From contig OX597821.1 in the NCBI GenBank assembly GCA_951406725.2, forward strand, positions 61,752,001 through 61,816,000: DNA of 64,000 bases, written 5' to 3'. Source of the stretch: Octopus vulgaris (Eukaryota). Shown in pieces: positions 27,998 to 44,020 of this stretch. The notes below the pieces were generated by a model. The model made no database searches. It was not told the DNA's origin and saw only the letters and a list, made by a program, of their open reading frames with translations. Each line of letters opens with the position of its first letter. Within the stretch, counting starts at the first letter, position 1. The position numbers were made by a program, and so were the translations under genes.

Positions 27998-28381
27998 CTA
28001 GCAGTATCGCCCGGCGTTGCTCAGGTTTGTAAGGGAAATGACTATAAAGCATTTTTAGAGAGTTATAGCCAAAAAATAGCAAAAAAATGGAAAAAAATTA
28101 TGGTAAGTTTTTTTTTGAGATTTAAAAAGGTGGAGTTGCGTCCCCTAGACAGTTTATGGTTTGTGTTTCTGATTCTCGACCCCATGTCGAATTTATCGAT
28201 TCTTTTCAGAACTGGGGGAACTTTTCAAAATTTTCGCTGCGTTAGTTTTGAATTATGACATTGGGCTATGTGTGTGTCAAGTTTCATCAGAATCGGTTGA
28301 AAGCCGTGGTCAGGGTGAGGGTACAAGCAAACAGACACACAGAAACACGCACAGACAAACTGCCGTTTATATAGAGAGAGA
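27998..28381 (-). mobile_element. Non-autonomous Helitron
   Basis: On the minus strand: A|TCTCTCTCTATATA start, (TGTC)-like microsatellite, terminal hairpin CCTGAGCAACGCCGGG and GCTAG|T end. This fits 5'-TC...CTAG-3' inserted in AT. Confidence 0.8.
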
Positions 28382-28667
28382 TTTCTGTTTATTTAGAAAC
28401 CTACAATGAACAGGTCTTTTCACAGACGCTAAACTTTAAATTTTCATAGGATACAACATTACCGCTAAAGGTAGAAACTTTCTGTCTCGCTATTGGCTAA
28501 AAGTGCATTTTTTTTTTTTACAGTTTTTAAACCCTGTAACTTTTTCCTCCATAATATCATTCATCTATAGCCATAAGAGTGGAAAACTACATTAATATAG
28601 TCGAATTTAAGATTTTTACTTCCTTTTAAAAAATGCAGATATTGTAAATCAGTTTAACTAGATCCTA

Positions 28668-28874
28668 GTTGTTAAGCGATGGTGGGAGGACAACACAGAT
28701 ACAGACATATACGACGAGCCTCTTTCAGTTTCCGTCTACCAAATCCACTCACAAGGCTTTGGTCGGCCCGAGGTTATAGTAGGAGCCATCTGCCGAAAGT
28801 GCCATGCAGTGGGACTAAAACCGGAACCATGTGGCTGGTAATCAAGCTTCTTACCACGCAGCAATTCCTGCGTC
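28668..28874 (-). mobile_element. SINE family A (5' half)
   Basis: Aligns with the head and middle of the other copies. Confidence 0.85.
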
Positions 28875-29027
28875 TGAAAGAAGAAGCACACTTTAAGATG
28901 TAGAAGAGTATATAGAAAAAGGGGGCAAGGTGGTTTATGGGATTACCTTAGGTTTCCCGTCCATAAAGTGTTTAGCTTTATGGCGTATCGTCAGATCCCA
29001 GAAACTTGTTCGCCCGTGAACACTTAA

Positions 29028-29065
<38 letters not shown>

Positions 29066-29544
29066 GCACATAATTATCTTTTATAATTACAATATTTCTT
29101 TAATTTCCAACGTTGCCGCATTTATTCCTTTTCTCTCCTCTTCTCCTCGTTCTTAGTCTTTATTATTAGTATTTATACAATTTTTGTCTCTGTCAGTTTT
29201 ATTAATTATAGTACTTGTATATATTTTTAGTACATATAAGTATTATTTTAGTACTGCTACTGTAGCTACTACAGTTGCATTTGCCGCAACAGTTACCACT
29301 GCTACAGTTTCTAAAACACTAGAAACTAACTCTATGGTTACTGTTGCAATTACAAATATTACTACTACAATAACTAGCTCTACTACTACTGCTGCTGAAA
29401 CCATCACTACAACTCTTACTATGATTATAGCGAGTTCTGCTGCTCCCCTTCCTCCCCTTTTCATCCTCCTCCACCTCCTCCTCCTCCTCCTCCTCCTCCA
29501 GTAGTAGGGGTAGTGTTGCCCCCACCCCACCTCCATTGTTTGAG

Positions 29545-29647
29545 ACCGATGGTGTATTTATGTCCCCTTAGTTTGCAGTTCGGCAAAAGTTCCTGATAGA
29601 ATAAGTACCAGGCTTATAAAGAATAAGTCCAGAGGTCGATTTCTTCA

Positions 29648-29648
<1 letters not shown>
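29545..29648 (+). mobile_element. SINE family A-related 3' core fragment
   Basis: GTTCGGCAAAAG...GATAGAATAAGTACCAGGCTTATAAAGAATAAGTCCAGAGGTCGATTT matches 44275-44345. Confidence 0.75.
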
Positions 29649-29701
<53 letters not shown>

Positions 29702-29729
29702 GCTGCTGCTGGTGCTGCTTGTGCTGCTG

Positions 29730-29769
<40 letters not shown>

Positions 29770-29802
29770 CACTGCTGGTGCTGGTGCTGCTTGTGCTGCT
29801 GT

Positions 29803-29845
<43 letters not shown>

Positions 29846-29894
29846 GCCACTGCCGCTGCTGGTGCTGCTTGTGCTGCTGCTACTACTACTACTG

Positions 29895-29946
<52 letters not shown>

Positions 29947-29986
29947 CGGTGCTGGTGCTGGTGCTGCTGGTGCTACTACTACCACC

Positions 29987-30057
<71 letters not shown>
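29646..30057. repeat. Nested trinucleotide repeat: (ACT)n tracts separated by GCT/GGT-rich blocks
   Basis: The block GCTGGTGCTGCTTGTGCTGCTG recurs at about 29708, 29780 and 29858, with a variant near 29950. Confidence 0.93.
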
Positions 30058-31059
30058 AAGTGTAGTAGTTGCAGTGTTCAGAAAGCCACTCCTTGAGACC
30101 TTCAATCGTCTGACTCCGCATTGTATTTATCCTAAGTAGGAAGCAAATGGAAGCGAGAAAGAAGAGAAAAATGAATACATGAAAGGTAGTTAAGTACCAA
30201 AAGTCAATGATAACTCACTATGAGCATTAAGCCGGAAAGACTGACCTATGGAGCAAAATAAAAAGAGAAAAGCAAAAGGTAGAAAGTATAACCTAAAATT
30301 TTTCTAACTCCACACACACACGCACACTCACATACACACATCAACAAATAAAATGAAAATATACACATTAAGAACATGACATGACCAACGAGTGAAAAAT
30401 ACGTGAACACACAACGAGAGATAAGTACGGTACATATAAATCACCTTACAAGTCCATAGTTTTGTTGCAACAGTGCTGTCAGTGAATATGTCGCAGTTTC
30501 CATCGACGAAACTTTTGACACCATATTATTACAAACAATAAATATTTAAGTGAAGTTAAGTCTTTGTGTTTTTTTCTGAATGGCTGACACATATGTCTTC
30601 CACGCTACAGTCGTTTTAGTTGCAACTCGTAACTTTAATGTTATTTTAAAATAATAACCCGCTAGTCTGTTATTAGATGTCGAACATCTTACAAGGGTGG
30701 TAATATTGCATACATTTTGAGGAGCCGCGAATCACTTGAAATATTCCTCGACAATCGGTATTTTTTCACTTAAAAGAGTGTATGATGTAAAAAAATGATA
30801 CCAACACAGATTTTTATGACATTTTCATTTAACCATGAATCGATGTATTCTTATCATGATAGATAACTGTAAGCTTGTATTTTAATATGACATTCTCGTT
30901 CTTCTTTGATGTGCTACACTTTTGTTTACATGTGTAATTACCTAGTCTAATTAGAATTAGTAATTACACTACATTCTTGAATTGATTTTTGTTACGTGGT
31001 TAGCTGCTTTTTACATATTTATAGCACATCCTTATATATATTCAGTCCGACACTTCTAC

Positions 31060-32155
31060 CTCGCACATCCTCCCTAACCTACCTCTTCCATCCTTCAAGA
31101 AAGTCCACAACCTGTGTGGCATCCTGGTCCACATTTTCTTCCCTAACCCTACCTCCCAGCATGGCTCGTTCCCCTACTCACGCCCGCGCTACCGTACTTG
31201 TTCCTACCTCTCCAACACCCTATCATATCACCGACTCCTTTACCTGAACTTCCTGCACCGTAATTTACTGCATCTCCTGCTCTTTCTGCCCATCTCTGTA
31301 TTTGCGTCAATCGGGACGCCGCTTGGCGGAATAGTTCGTGGAGCACCTCCGAGACATCAGACTCAGCAATGACACCTCCGTCTCGCGCCATTTCCGCTCT
31401 ACCAGTTGTTCACTACAACACCTCTCTGTGTTCGGACTGTCTTTGCACAGGGATCATCCGGACACCTACCTTCGCCGTGAACAGGAGTTAATCTTCTCTT
31501 TGCTCATTTGCGTCACATGAGCTCAGCTCCCCTCCTCTCTTCATCTTACTCCCCTCTTATCCTCTCTTCATCTGACACTTACTTCATCTCTTCGTTCCTA
31601 CCCACCTTCGATTTTTATTAGTACCACCAACCCACACCCTACCACGTACCCCCACGTACCCCACCATTACACCACTACACAACCACACCACACCACTCCA
31701 CGCACACACTAGCACTGACCACTTCCCAGTACCAATACCACACACCATCATCCGCACACCCACACCCATCTTTAATTGCGACACCACAATACCACTATAT
31801 GAACAGCCGCACGTTACAGACGCACACACACTAGCCCCTATTCACACACATTTTCACATTCTCACCTACAGATGCACGCGCACCTTCGTTCTGGGATCAC
31901 CAATACTTTATTATCTTCCCTTCTTTCAACATCTTTCAAACTTTTTTCTAAGCAGTCGCCATGCTTCACCGCTAAATCCACAAGTGTTTTTCATTCTCTC
32001 TCTGTTTATTTTCTCTTATTCCTTTCTGTTGAAGAGTGTTGGCTCGAAACGTAAAATACTTTTTCACTTTCCCGAGCTTCAAACTAATACAGCAGCTTCT
32101 TGTTCATGCACCTGCCTTAGACTTTTGTTTTTCCATAAATTTAAACTTTTATATA
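31060..32155 (+). mobile_element. Penelope-like element 3' part: decayed GIY-YIG endonuclease plus terminal region
   Basis: Translates ITDSFT*TSCTVIYCISCSFCPSLYLRQSGRRLAE*FVEHLRDIRLSNDTSVSRHF...LSVFGL...RREQELIFSL. This fits the PLE GIY-YIG pattern VIY.I.C..C...YIG.T.R.L..RF.EH...V..HF. A hammerhead-like motif lies at 32022-32056. Confidence 0.85.
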
Positions 32156-32885
32156 TTTACATCCTGATTTGATCTTCTTTATAACAGTTCCAATCCTAGC
32201 AACTAGTTCGGACAGTGATACTACCCTTGATCCCCAAATAGGGGTAGGGCGTCTTCTACATGGCAGGGAGTTATTAGGTTTGTTACTTTGACTTTTTAGA
32301 TGATTTCCTTTGATTGTCTATCGTTATTTTATATTTCTTGGAATGTGCAACAAAGATTGCACATTTCAAACTATCCATGAAAGTCCAGTTGTAAAAGCGG
32401 CATTTGTTTTGCATCCCATATAATTCTGTTATCCTTTTAACATTTTTCTTTCTTGTTTCTCTCCGTTTTTCTATGCTCTTCATAAACTTTATCATTTTTA
32501 CTTACGTTTGATTTTCATCACCAGTAACTATACACATTTCCCCGTATTCTCCTCTCCACGAGTAATCATTTCCTTCTTCCACTCTCTTTTTATTGATAAC
32601 AGTGCATTACTTGAAATGTCTCGTGCTACTTTTTCATCTGTATTTTTCGTTGTTCTGACAAACATTCAGCAACTCCATGTTGGAGATATTCCCGTAGCAT
32701 ACTTAATACCAGTTTATTTGTTACATTTCTTCTACTACTTTCGGAATAATGATTGCCTCATTAACGACACATTGTATACTTCTGCTCGCAGAATATTTCA
32801 AGCAGATGTAAAGATTTACATTCACACAAAAGTTTTGACTGTCTATAAGTAATATATCCTATAAATGATTTATTGCTTCTTTTGT

Positions 32886-33123
32886 CTCTTAATCTTTTAC
32901 TTGTTTCAGTCATTTGACTGCGGCATTGCTTGAGCACCGCCTTTATTCGAACAGATCATCCGAGGACTTATTCTTTGTAAGCCTAGTACTTATTCTATCG
33001 GTTTCTTTTTGCCGAATCGCTAAGCTACACGGATGTAAACACACCAGCATCGGCTGTCAAACGAAGGGTGAGGGGACAAACACACACACAAACATATAGA
33101 TGTACACAGACAGACACACACAC

Positions 33124-33186
<63 letters not shown>

Positions 33187-33362
33187 AATATATATATACG
33201 ACGGACTTTTTTCAGTTTTCGTCTACCGAATCCGCTCATAAGGCTTTGGTCGGCCCGAGGTGATAGTAGAAGACACTTACCCAAGGTGGCATACGGTGGA
33301 ACTGAACCCGGAACCATGTGGTTGGTAAGCAAGCTACTTACCACGCAGCCAATCCAGCACCT
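32886..33362 (-). mobile_element. SINE family A (full length, expanded internal (TA)n)
   Basis: Aligns with the other copies. Confidence 0.9.
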
Positions 33363-33530
33363 AATCCGTAATTATTTCACCGTCTTTTGTTTAATTTCTT
33401 ATTCGATTAAAGGCAAATTTAGCCCTGTTAGACTATTTTAATTTGACTGGGAATTTGAATATCAAGACACTCACGACTCACTTCTGTTTCCGGGCGCTTA
33501 TTTCACGCTTAAGTTAGCGTCTTCTCATCT

Positions 33531-33649
<119 letters not shown>

Positions 33650-34024
33650 TATGAAGATAAACTGTACATAACGTTCCGGGTGGGGCCCAGTTTGAATTTT
33701 TTCAAGTTGTGTAACCATCCTGAATAAGTGTTGTTTAAGGATATTGAACGAAAATCCTATGTTTCTAGAGGTGAATTATTAAAACCCCAAATAATTCCTC
33801 TAGCATATGGCTATGATGCTCCCCCATTGCCTCTGCTCGTGATCAGAGATGCACGCATCGTTAGCCAATAAGGGACGCTAACTGACAAGCAAATCTGTGG
33901 TATTGAACAGAATACTTGCTGTAGCCCATCTTTTATACCAAGACAAGACAATGTGCATGATAATACTTTCAGTCAGTTAAACTCAGAAGCCATGGGGGCC
34001 ACCGTCTGGTACTGCATCAGGGCA

Positions 34025-36304
<2,280 letters not shown>

Positions 36305-39070
36305 TATTTGGTGGTGTACAATTAAGGATTTTAATCTTTTTTTTTCAAACTAAATTGTAATTTAGAAATTTGCTTTTGTACAAACCATCACGTGTCAGTA
36401 TTGTAATTATTATATCCATAAATTTGTAACACATGTTAGAAATTGGAATGCAATGAAAATTCGAAATAAATTATCATTAATTTAATTATGCTTGCAATTC
36501 TTACATACCAGCTAGGTTACAAGCGTTTTGGAAATAGAAGGCTGCAAATACGATTACGTTCTTAATTATATTAAACGTTAATTTTAATTAAATATTTTCA
36601 ACTAGCATTCGGAGACAAGAAGAAAGTTCCAAATACCTCAAGCGTAATTTTGTGCTCAGCTGAAACATATTTCTGTACTGAACCTGCTTATCATGTTAAA
36701 TTAATCAAAGTCATACAACTGACATAGATAGATTAACTGATTACTTAACATGTGTATGCTTAAATATATCTCGATATTAGACAACCTAAGAATTACAATT
36801 CTAATTATCGTTATCCTACATTTCATTTAACTATCCCTATCCTGATTGTAGATTTGGGATTAATTAATTCTTCAATAATTAATAAATATATGTTTGTGTA
36901 GCCAAATTGCAGGAACTCAGCATATAAAAAAACCTTGAAATAACAGCCAAACGACCAGATGTGAAACATAATTTCCGATATACGTGGCTTGAAATTTATG
37001 GATGATTATACATCACGTGATGCTATCCAGTGATTAATTATGAGGAAGCTGGTGTGGTAATCTAGACATGATTTTCCCATAATATTGGTTAATGGACACC
37101 TATAAATTCTCGTGCTAGACAGAGTGTGACATTTGCTTTCCCCTTGAAATTATTGATAGTGGTGTGCGTTTTATCATCTTCGGGAGATATACCACCTGCT
37201 GGTACTCTTTAATATTAAATTTAAGTGCAGAAGTTCATTTATATAATGATTAATGTCATTCGAGTCACAAGATAATCAGACATATTTTAGCCAACATCGA
37301 AATATAATTAAATGTGTTAATGCCTACTGTTCTGTTTTCTCTATCAGATATGTTTGATGATTTTCTTACGCAATTCCATTGTTTATTCACCACCATTTTC
37401 TCAAATTCATAGCAGTTCACCATAAAATGTTATAAAGTATATTGTGTCAGATTCATAATGTGTAAAAACAGCAACGGAAAGCTATTTGTGTGCTTCTCTT
37501 TTTATGAAGACAATATTGAAGTAATTATCTATTTCTCGTTTTCTTATCTCTTGCTAAATATTTTGTCATCTGTTTTTTTCTCACTAATCACTGGTGGACA
37601 TAGAGTCAGAAATACACAAAGACGATTGATTATAAAAGGAGCTCAAAACGAAATAATATTTGAAATACATGAAGCATGAATTTACATATATTACAGAAAT
37701 TTTGTACTTAATGCAATTCAACTAATAATTTGTTCATACACTGCCTTGTATCTATACTAAACAGATTTAGAGCAAATTGAATAAATCGTTGCATTTGTAA
37801 ATAAATAATTATAGGATCCAAAAAGTTTAATCAATTCTTGCAATGTTATTTCATATGTTATTTAAAATACAATGTTGTAAATTGATATTTGATAGCTTGA
37901 AATATAAGCCTCGCTCGTAAATTTCGTGAAAATATATCTAATTTAAAAGTAAGAAAAACTTAGAATAATCCCGAAACGATTTGGTATTGAAATGATGGCA
38001 AAGATAAATATTTTAAAGGCATTATTGATTATAGTGTGAGAATAATTATTCTGTGAAATTATATAGCTTATAAAAGTTAAATTTTAATGAAAATACATTT
38101 AATCATTATACGTCAGTAGTTTATTAGAATGTTAATGGTATTGGTTAAAGGAAATGAGAGTGTAGCAAGGTGCAAGAGATAAAATTCCCAATGCATATGT
38201 TTCATACTGTCAATACAGTCATATAACAATCATTTAATATAAATGGATTTTATTCAACACGCTGTTAATTTCTATGGAAATTGACTTTCGGCATAGCTGA
38301 AAACATAACTATAACGATACTCATATTGTCATTGAGAATGGAATGAAACTTTCCCAGGAATTAATTTAAATATCAATTCGAATCACAGAAAATAGAAGTG
38401 AATAGTCACAAAATCACAGATATCTGCAACCTCCATACACATATTGCTTGTAGAATATTCTGATTTTAGGAGAATGATAAACGCTTTTATCAAGAGTTCT
38501 TCGTTTTACATTGAGTATACATTTGTATCGTACTTAGGTATATTGATTACTCTTGCAAACATGGGTATGCATATAATATCTTTCGGTTCCTCTAGCCTTC
38601 GCTTAAGACAACAGACAACCTGTGACAAAGAGAGGGAGAGAGGGACACAAGCATTGGACTTACATTTTGAGGCATAAATAAGAAAAGGCAAAACTGAAAT
38701 CGGCAGGGTATGATTACAGATCTTAGAGAGGTAGAGCGGAATTCGCAATGTATGCCATTTGAATCTCTAAAACGACAAAAATATAGAGTTAAAAGGAAGC
38801 ATATCTCTGGGTGCCAATAAACCGGGTTTATGTGTTTCGATATGTTGGAATTTGTAGCAGCAACAGATGTTTATTAAGGGTTTTATTGACTTTGCGCCGA
38901 AGAGTTGATGAAATATTCTCAAAAACAAAAAAAAAATCGTTTCTCATGCTTGGTTACAGTATAGTAATGTGCCAAGTGCCGAGAGTTTGAAGTCCTATTA
39001 TTATACTTAAACATGCTTATATATTTAGTCTTCAAATTCATATTTTAGTACTGGCGCAATTTAGTGTGAA

Positions 39071-39077
39071 ACACACA

Positions 39078-39166
<89 letters not shown>
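39071..39166. repeat. (CA)n microsatellite
   Basis: Direct inspection. Confidence 0.95.
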
Positions 39167-39168
<2 letters not shown>

Positions 39169-40134
39169 GAACGCACACAAGCACATAAACACATGCACAC
39201 ACATAGACATGTGTGTGTAGTTAATTCGGTCCGTTTAATCTATACATGCTATGTAATACCATTCATGTATATTTGTGGCATGTAAATCATAATTGAAATG
39301 AAAGAAATATATATTATTTCATGAATAGCACAATATATTGTGTACAACTGTAGCTTTTCTTTTTCAAATATAAACATGAATTGTAACTAAATGCATGATG
39401 GATGGCTTATATTTATTTATACTTTAATATACACACATATACATACTTCTACATACACGCCTTCTCATATCTATCATGTGAATGTATGTGCGTATCTGCG
39501 TGATTACAAACTTACAAACTAAACACAGCACTATAATACATTAAAAGAAAAAGTGTAATTTCAAAATAGTGCTAAAATCTATTTACTAGTATATATTAGA
39601 ACAGTGATATATCTATTTCCTAGAATGGCAGAGAGATTTACATTAATATTTTATTATTTATTTTGAGTTTGTACAAAATGTCATATCTATACAAAAGTGA
39701 ATAATATTTTTCTTAGCGAAATATTAATTTTGTGAAGGTCTTTACAGAGTACTATAAAAAGTCGAATGGTAACTATAAATTTCGCCGAGATGGTGGAGAG
39801 AGTGGTCTGTTTCGGAACTTATACTTTAAATTTCGGCATTTTACTTGTTCGTGAATATAAGAAAAATATATATCTTCCAATGCAAAATGTAGATTAGTTT
39901 GTTTTATTTAAAATTCTAAATAAAAGAAACTCTTTCAATATTCAAATTCTTTAACTAAATTAAGCGAACTGAAACTGTTTATAAGACGACTTTCTAAAGA
40001 AATCCAAATATATTTGAAAATATTGTAATTATATTTGAATTGATTACTATAGAAATTACACGTCATATATCAATATAAAATAATATGCTTATACAGAGAA
40101 CTACATGCACAAACAAATATAGTGAATTCAAACT

Positions 40135-40335
40135 TTGGTACAAAACCAGCGATTTCGGGGAAGAGGATAAGTCGATTATATCGACTCGGTATTCAGCTGG
40201 TATTTATTTTATCGACCTCGAAAGAATGAAAAGCAAATTCTTTCTCGGCGGAATTTGAACTCAGAACATAAAGACGGATAAAGTGCCGCTAAGCCTATTG
40301 CTCGGTGTGCTAACAATTCTGTCCTCTCGCCGCAT
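40135..40335 (-). mobile_element. SINE family B (tRNA-like head)
   Basis: CTGGTAT...TTATCGACC...GGCGGAATTTGAACTCAGAAC.TAAAGACGGA, with a B-box-like GAGTTCAAATTCC on the minus strand. A second copy is at 63670-63878. Confidence 0.8.
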
Positions 40336-40660
40336 TTACACAAACAAAGATATATTACTTTGGAAACACGAAAGCAACCGACTTTCCTAATTGATAAATA
40401 TTTGCTAAGATACAACGTTACACGTATTCGATTTTGTTTATACAATTGTATGTTTTCATTGTCTTGTCAAATTCTTCATATCAGAAATGCAATTATCTGT
40501 AATTCTCTGAAATTATCTTCACCTATCCTCGTACACTTTAGATATCAGCGCAGAAATGCTGAAACTAAATGGGAACGGCCTAACCTGTTCCATTTGCTCG
40601 CCGTAATGTTTCCACATCTACACAACTGGACACCATTACTGCCTTAAGCAGTGTATTTAT

Positions 40661-40851
40661 TACTCTTTTACTGGTTTCAGTCATTTGGCAGCGACCATGC
40701 TGGAGCACTGTCTTTTAGTCGAGCAAATCGACCCCAGGACTTATTCTTTGGAAGCCTAGTACTTATTCTCCTTTGCTGAACCGCTAAGTTACGGGGACGT
40801 AAACACACCAGCATCGGTTGTCAAGCGATGTTAGGGGGACAACACAGACAA

Positions 40852-40910
<59 letters not shown>

Positions 40911-41069
40911 TTCGACTTTCAGTTTCCGTCTACCAAATCCACTCACAAAGCTTTGGTCGGCTCGAAGCTATAGTAGAAGACACTTGCACAAGGTTCCATG
41001 CAGTGGAACTGAACCCGGAACCATGTGGTTGGTAAGCAAGCTACTTACCACACAGCCACTCCTGCGCCT
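40661..41069 (-). mobile_element. SINE family A (full length)
   Basis: Aligns with the other copies. Confidence 0.9.
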
Positions 41070-41430
41070 TGCACCACCATTGGTTCCAAAATAATAATAG
41101 CTTTTCGAGTAAATTTACGAGATAAAGCACAATATCCAAATAACATCATCATTAATTGCTACAATTAACTAGTTTAACTAGCTTAACTAACTTCAAAATT
41201 AAACTTAGCAGTGATGAATGTCTCCACATAGAATTTTCAAAATCTACGAAAATAAGTTGATTTTGATTCTGAGGAAAAGCAATGACTATTTAACATTACA
41301 ACTCTCTCTCTCGCTCTCTCTCCCTCCCCCTCTCTCTCTCTCTCTTTGAGATGCATCTGTGGAGTGAAAGACATGTTGCACGAGAGGTTTCTACTCACAG
41401 TTTAGAACCGTCTCGTACTTATTGAAATGA

Positions 41431-41794
41431 TTATTAACCCTGCACGCATAAGCGAAGCAGTGTTCTTGTAGTCGCACATTTTTGTCTGTTTGTCTGTGTA
41501 TTTGCAAAATTGTTGGATAACGGCTGAAAGGATTTTCAACAAATTTGGCAGAAATGTACAATGATTGAATGGCTCGAGCTCATAAAGTTTTGGCTTTATT
41601 ATGCTCAAAACTGACAGACGGGTAAATCAAAATGTTTTTCTCTTTCTTACATATGCATAAACTATACGTGGCGTAAATAACTCTTGATGTCATTTTGTTG
41701 AAGTATGAATTCGTTTGAGAAAATATGTATTAAATTAAAATTTATTTTATCCTTGTGTGCGCGCAGGGTATGCACCGCGGCTCCGATGCTTTTT
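41431..41794 (+). mobile_element. HINE/DINE-1-like (Helentron-associated) non-autonomous element
   Basis: Subterminal inverted repeats ACCCTGCACGCA (41437-48) and TGCGCGCAGGGT (41758-69), internal GTCTGTTTGTCTGT, 3' stem-loop GCACCG-CGGCTC-CGATGC followed by TTTTT. Confidence 0.7.
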
Positions 41795-42049
41795 ATTGTT
41801 TTTGGTTACATATACGACCGCTACATTGCAACAAATGATTATAAGGCGCACAAACACACACACACGCTCACACACACACTCACACACACACACACACAAA
41901 CACACACACAATACACTCTCTCCGATACACAAACACGCACAGGCTCATCCTCTCTCTCGTTACGATACATGTTTATTTAAATCTAGTTTTCCCAAGAATA
42001 TTGGGCTATATATATTTTCCAAACATCTTTCAGGTGCAAGAGCTACCAG

Positions 42050-43195
42050 TTGAAAGCTCTGGATACAGGATGCCAGCATCTTTAAGGCGTCATCAGGAAA
42101 GAATGCGCACCGTTTCTGGGCCTACCTCTCTATGGCATCATTGTGCACCGACACAGCTAACTGAAATGAGACCCTGCCTCCTAGATCAATTGGTTATCAG
42201 ATTTAGCTCAGTATTCTTCTAGTCATTGCTCATCGTCTCATTTTAATCAAATACAGTGGCTTGCTTTTTCCACTGTTGTTTGGATATCAGTCGTGGTGGT
42301 ATTTACTTTACGATGGGTTAGGCCTAACGATCACAACACTCGCCTTACACTATGTCCAACGGATTCTCTGCATCCGACTACGATTGGAAAATGCTCCACT
42401 TTCCAGCGTGCATCTTCACATTCCTCGGGCGGGGTTACTTAATGGTCAATCTTTCGAGTGCGAGAGGTGTCCATGTTATCTTCATGAGGAACCGTTAACT
42501 AGATTAAACTGGTCGCTTTCTTTCTTTCTTTCACACCATATTATGATATCCGTTTTCTTCTTAACTGGGATGGGAAAGAATCCTTGCCAACCATGTAAAT
42601 CTGCAGCCATCTCCCAATAGCCGTTCCGCTTTTCGTCGCTCACAGAAAGTTTCTTCTTCTTCAAACAAATCTGCTCTCCTGAGTACATGAAGTTAATGAA
42701 ATATCTGGTTGTTTCTTTAAATGGTTTTGCACTGATGATGAGAGCAATTTGGTTCTTTATAGCACTAAAACTAACCTCAAGGACCAGATTGTGTCTCCCT
42801 GTATATCCATTCAATGCCAATGAACAGTTGGAAAGAATATGTTTTAGTGTTCAGACATTTTCACATTTGCATGTCAATTTCTGAGACGTTTCATCTTACT
42901 AGATTTGTAGGCGATGGCAAGACATCGAAGGATGAAGGAATAAGAAAACTTAGACGTGACGTAGTCCACTTCCATATCTCATTCCAGCCTATTTTTCTCT
43001 CAGCACCGTGTTCCTCCCAATTCCTCATCTGTCCTTGTTGAGAACTTTGGATCAAATGAAGTTCTCTTCTCTCTGTTTCCAATTCTTTGACGCTGTTGCT
43101 AACAACAGATGTGCTTTCGCACCGCATCATGTTTGTAAACGGTCGGAACCGATCTCCGCCAAATCCATTATACGCTCCCTTTCTATCATATACTA
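42050..43195 (-). mobile_element. Decayed Hero-like RLE non-LTR retrotransposon, 3' part
   Basis: Minus strand across frames: QQGQMRNWE...ERKIGWNEIW...RLSFLIPSSFDVLPSPTNL, HILSNCSLALNGYTGRHNLVL, WEMAADL...FP...DIIIW, LTVPHEDN...RK...ECEDARWKVEHFPIVVGCR. Confidence 0.8.
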
Positions 43196-43244
43196 TCATA
43201 ATATATACCTTCATTATATGCTCTTTTACTATCATATGTAAGAA

Positions 43245-43688
43245 TACATCATCGCCACCATGACCATGACCATCATCATCATTACCACCTGCCTTCATCA
43301 TCATCGTCATCATCACTAGTATCATACTTTACATCTTGTTCGTCTTCATCATTATTTTCACATCGTCATTACCGACGTCATCATCAATATACTAATCATG
43401 TTGTTGTTGCTGTTGTTTTTATTGTTGTTGTTGTTGTTCTTCTTCTTTTTCTTTTTCTTCTTCTTCTTCTTTTCTTCTTCTTCTCCTTCACCCTAATCAA
43501 CATCTCCATCATCATCCACACCATCAACGCTTATTAGTATTACCATCTCCACCTTCTTCCATCCTCATCCTCATCCTCCATCTCTTTTTCCTCCTCCTCC
43601 GCATCATCATCATCATCATTATCATCCTCATTGTCATCTTGTTGTTATTGTTGTTCTTCTTTCTCTTCTTCTTCTTCTTCTTCTTCTT

Positions 43689-43718
<30 letters not shown>
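43245..43718. repeat. Compound trinucleotide region (CAT)n-(GTT)n-(TTC)n, with the motif order repeated twice
   Basis: Direct inspection. Confidence 0.85.
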
Positions 43719-43719
<1 letters not shown>

Positions 43720-44020
43720 ATGACACATAAGCAATAACTTGAAATATTCCTAGTTATAAAAGGATTTATAAATATAAAAAAATTAACGCATCCGCCGACT
43801 GTTCAGAAAGTTTCAAGTAGATATGGTGTGCTCAAGTGATTGCTTCTTGCTTATTATTCTAGCACATGTCTCTGCATGAAGCATTGTAGTGTATGAGCAA
43901 ATTCACACAAGCTTACAGACATGAATAAATACATAAATAACAGAAATACATACATATATACAGACACAAATATGTAAATATATATATGCATATATATATT
44001 TATATAAATATGTGCATATA

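Noticed and set aside
33720-34023. GC-richer segment next to the Dong target tract, probably another repeat
   Set aside because: Single copy here with no interpretable translation, so the class cannot be assigned.
36310-40130. Long AT-rich stretch searched for exons or structure
   Set aside because: Only short ORFs without domain signatures and a (CA)n tract; nothing supportable.
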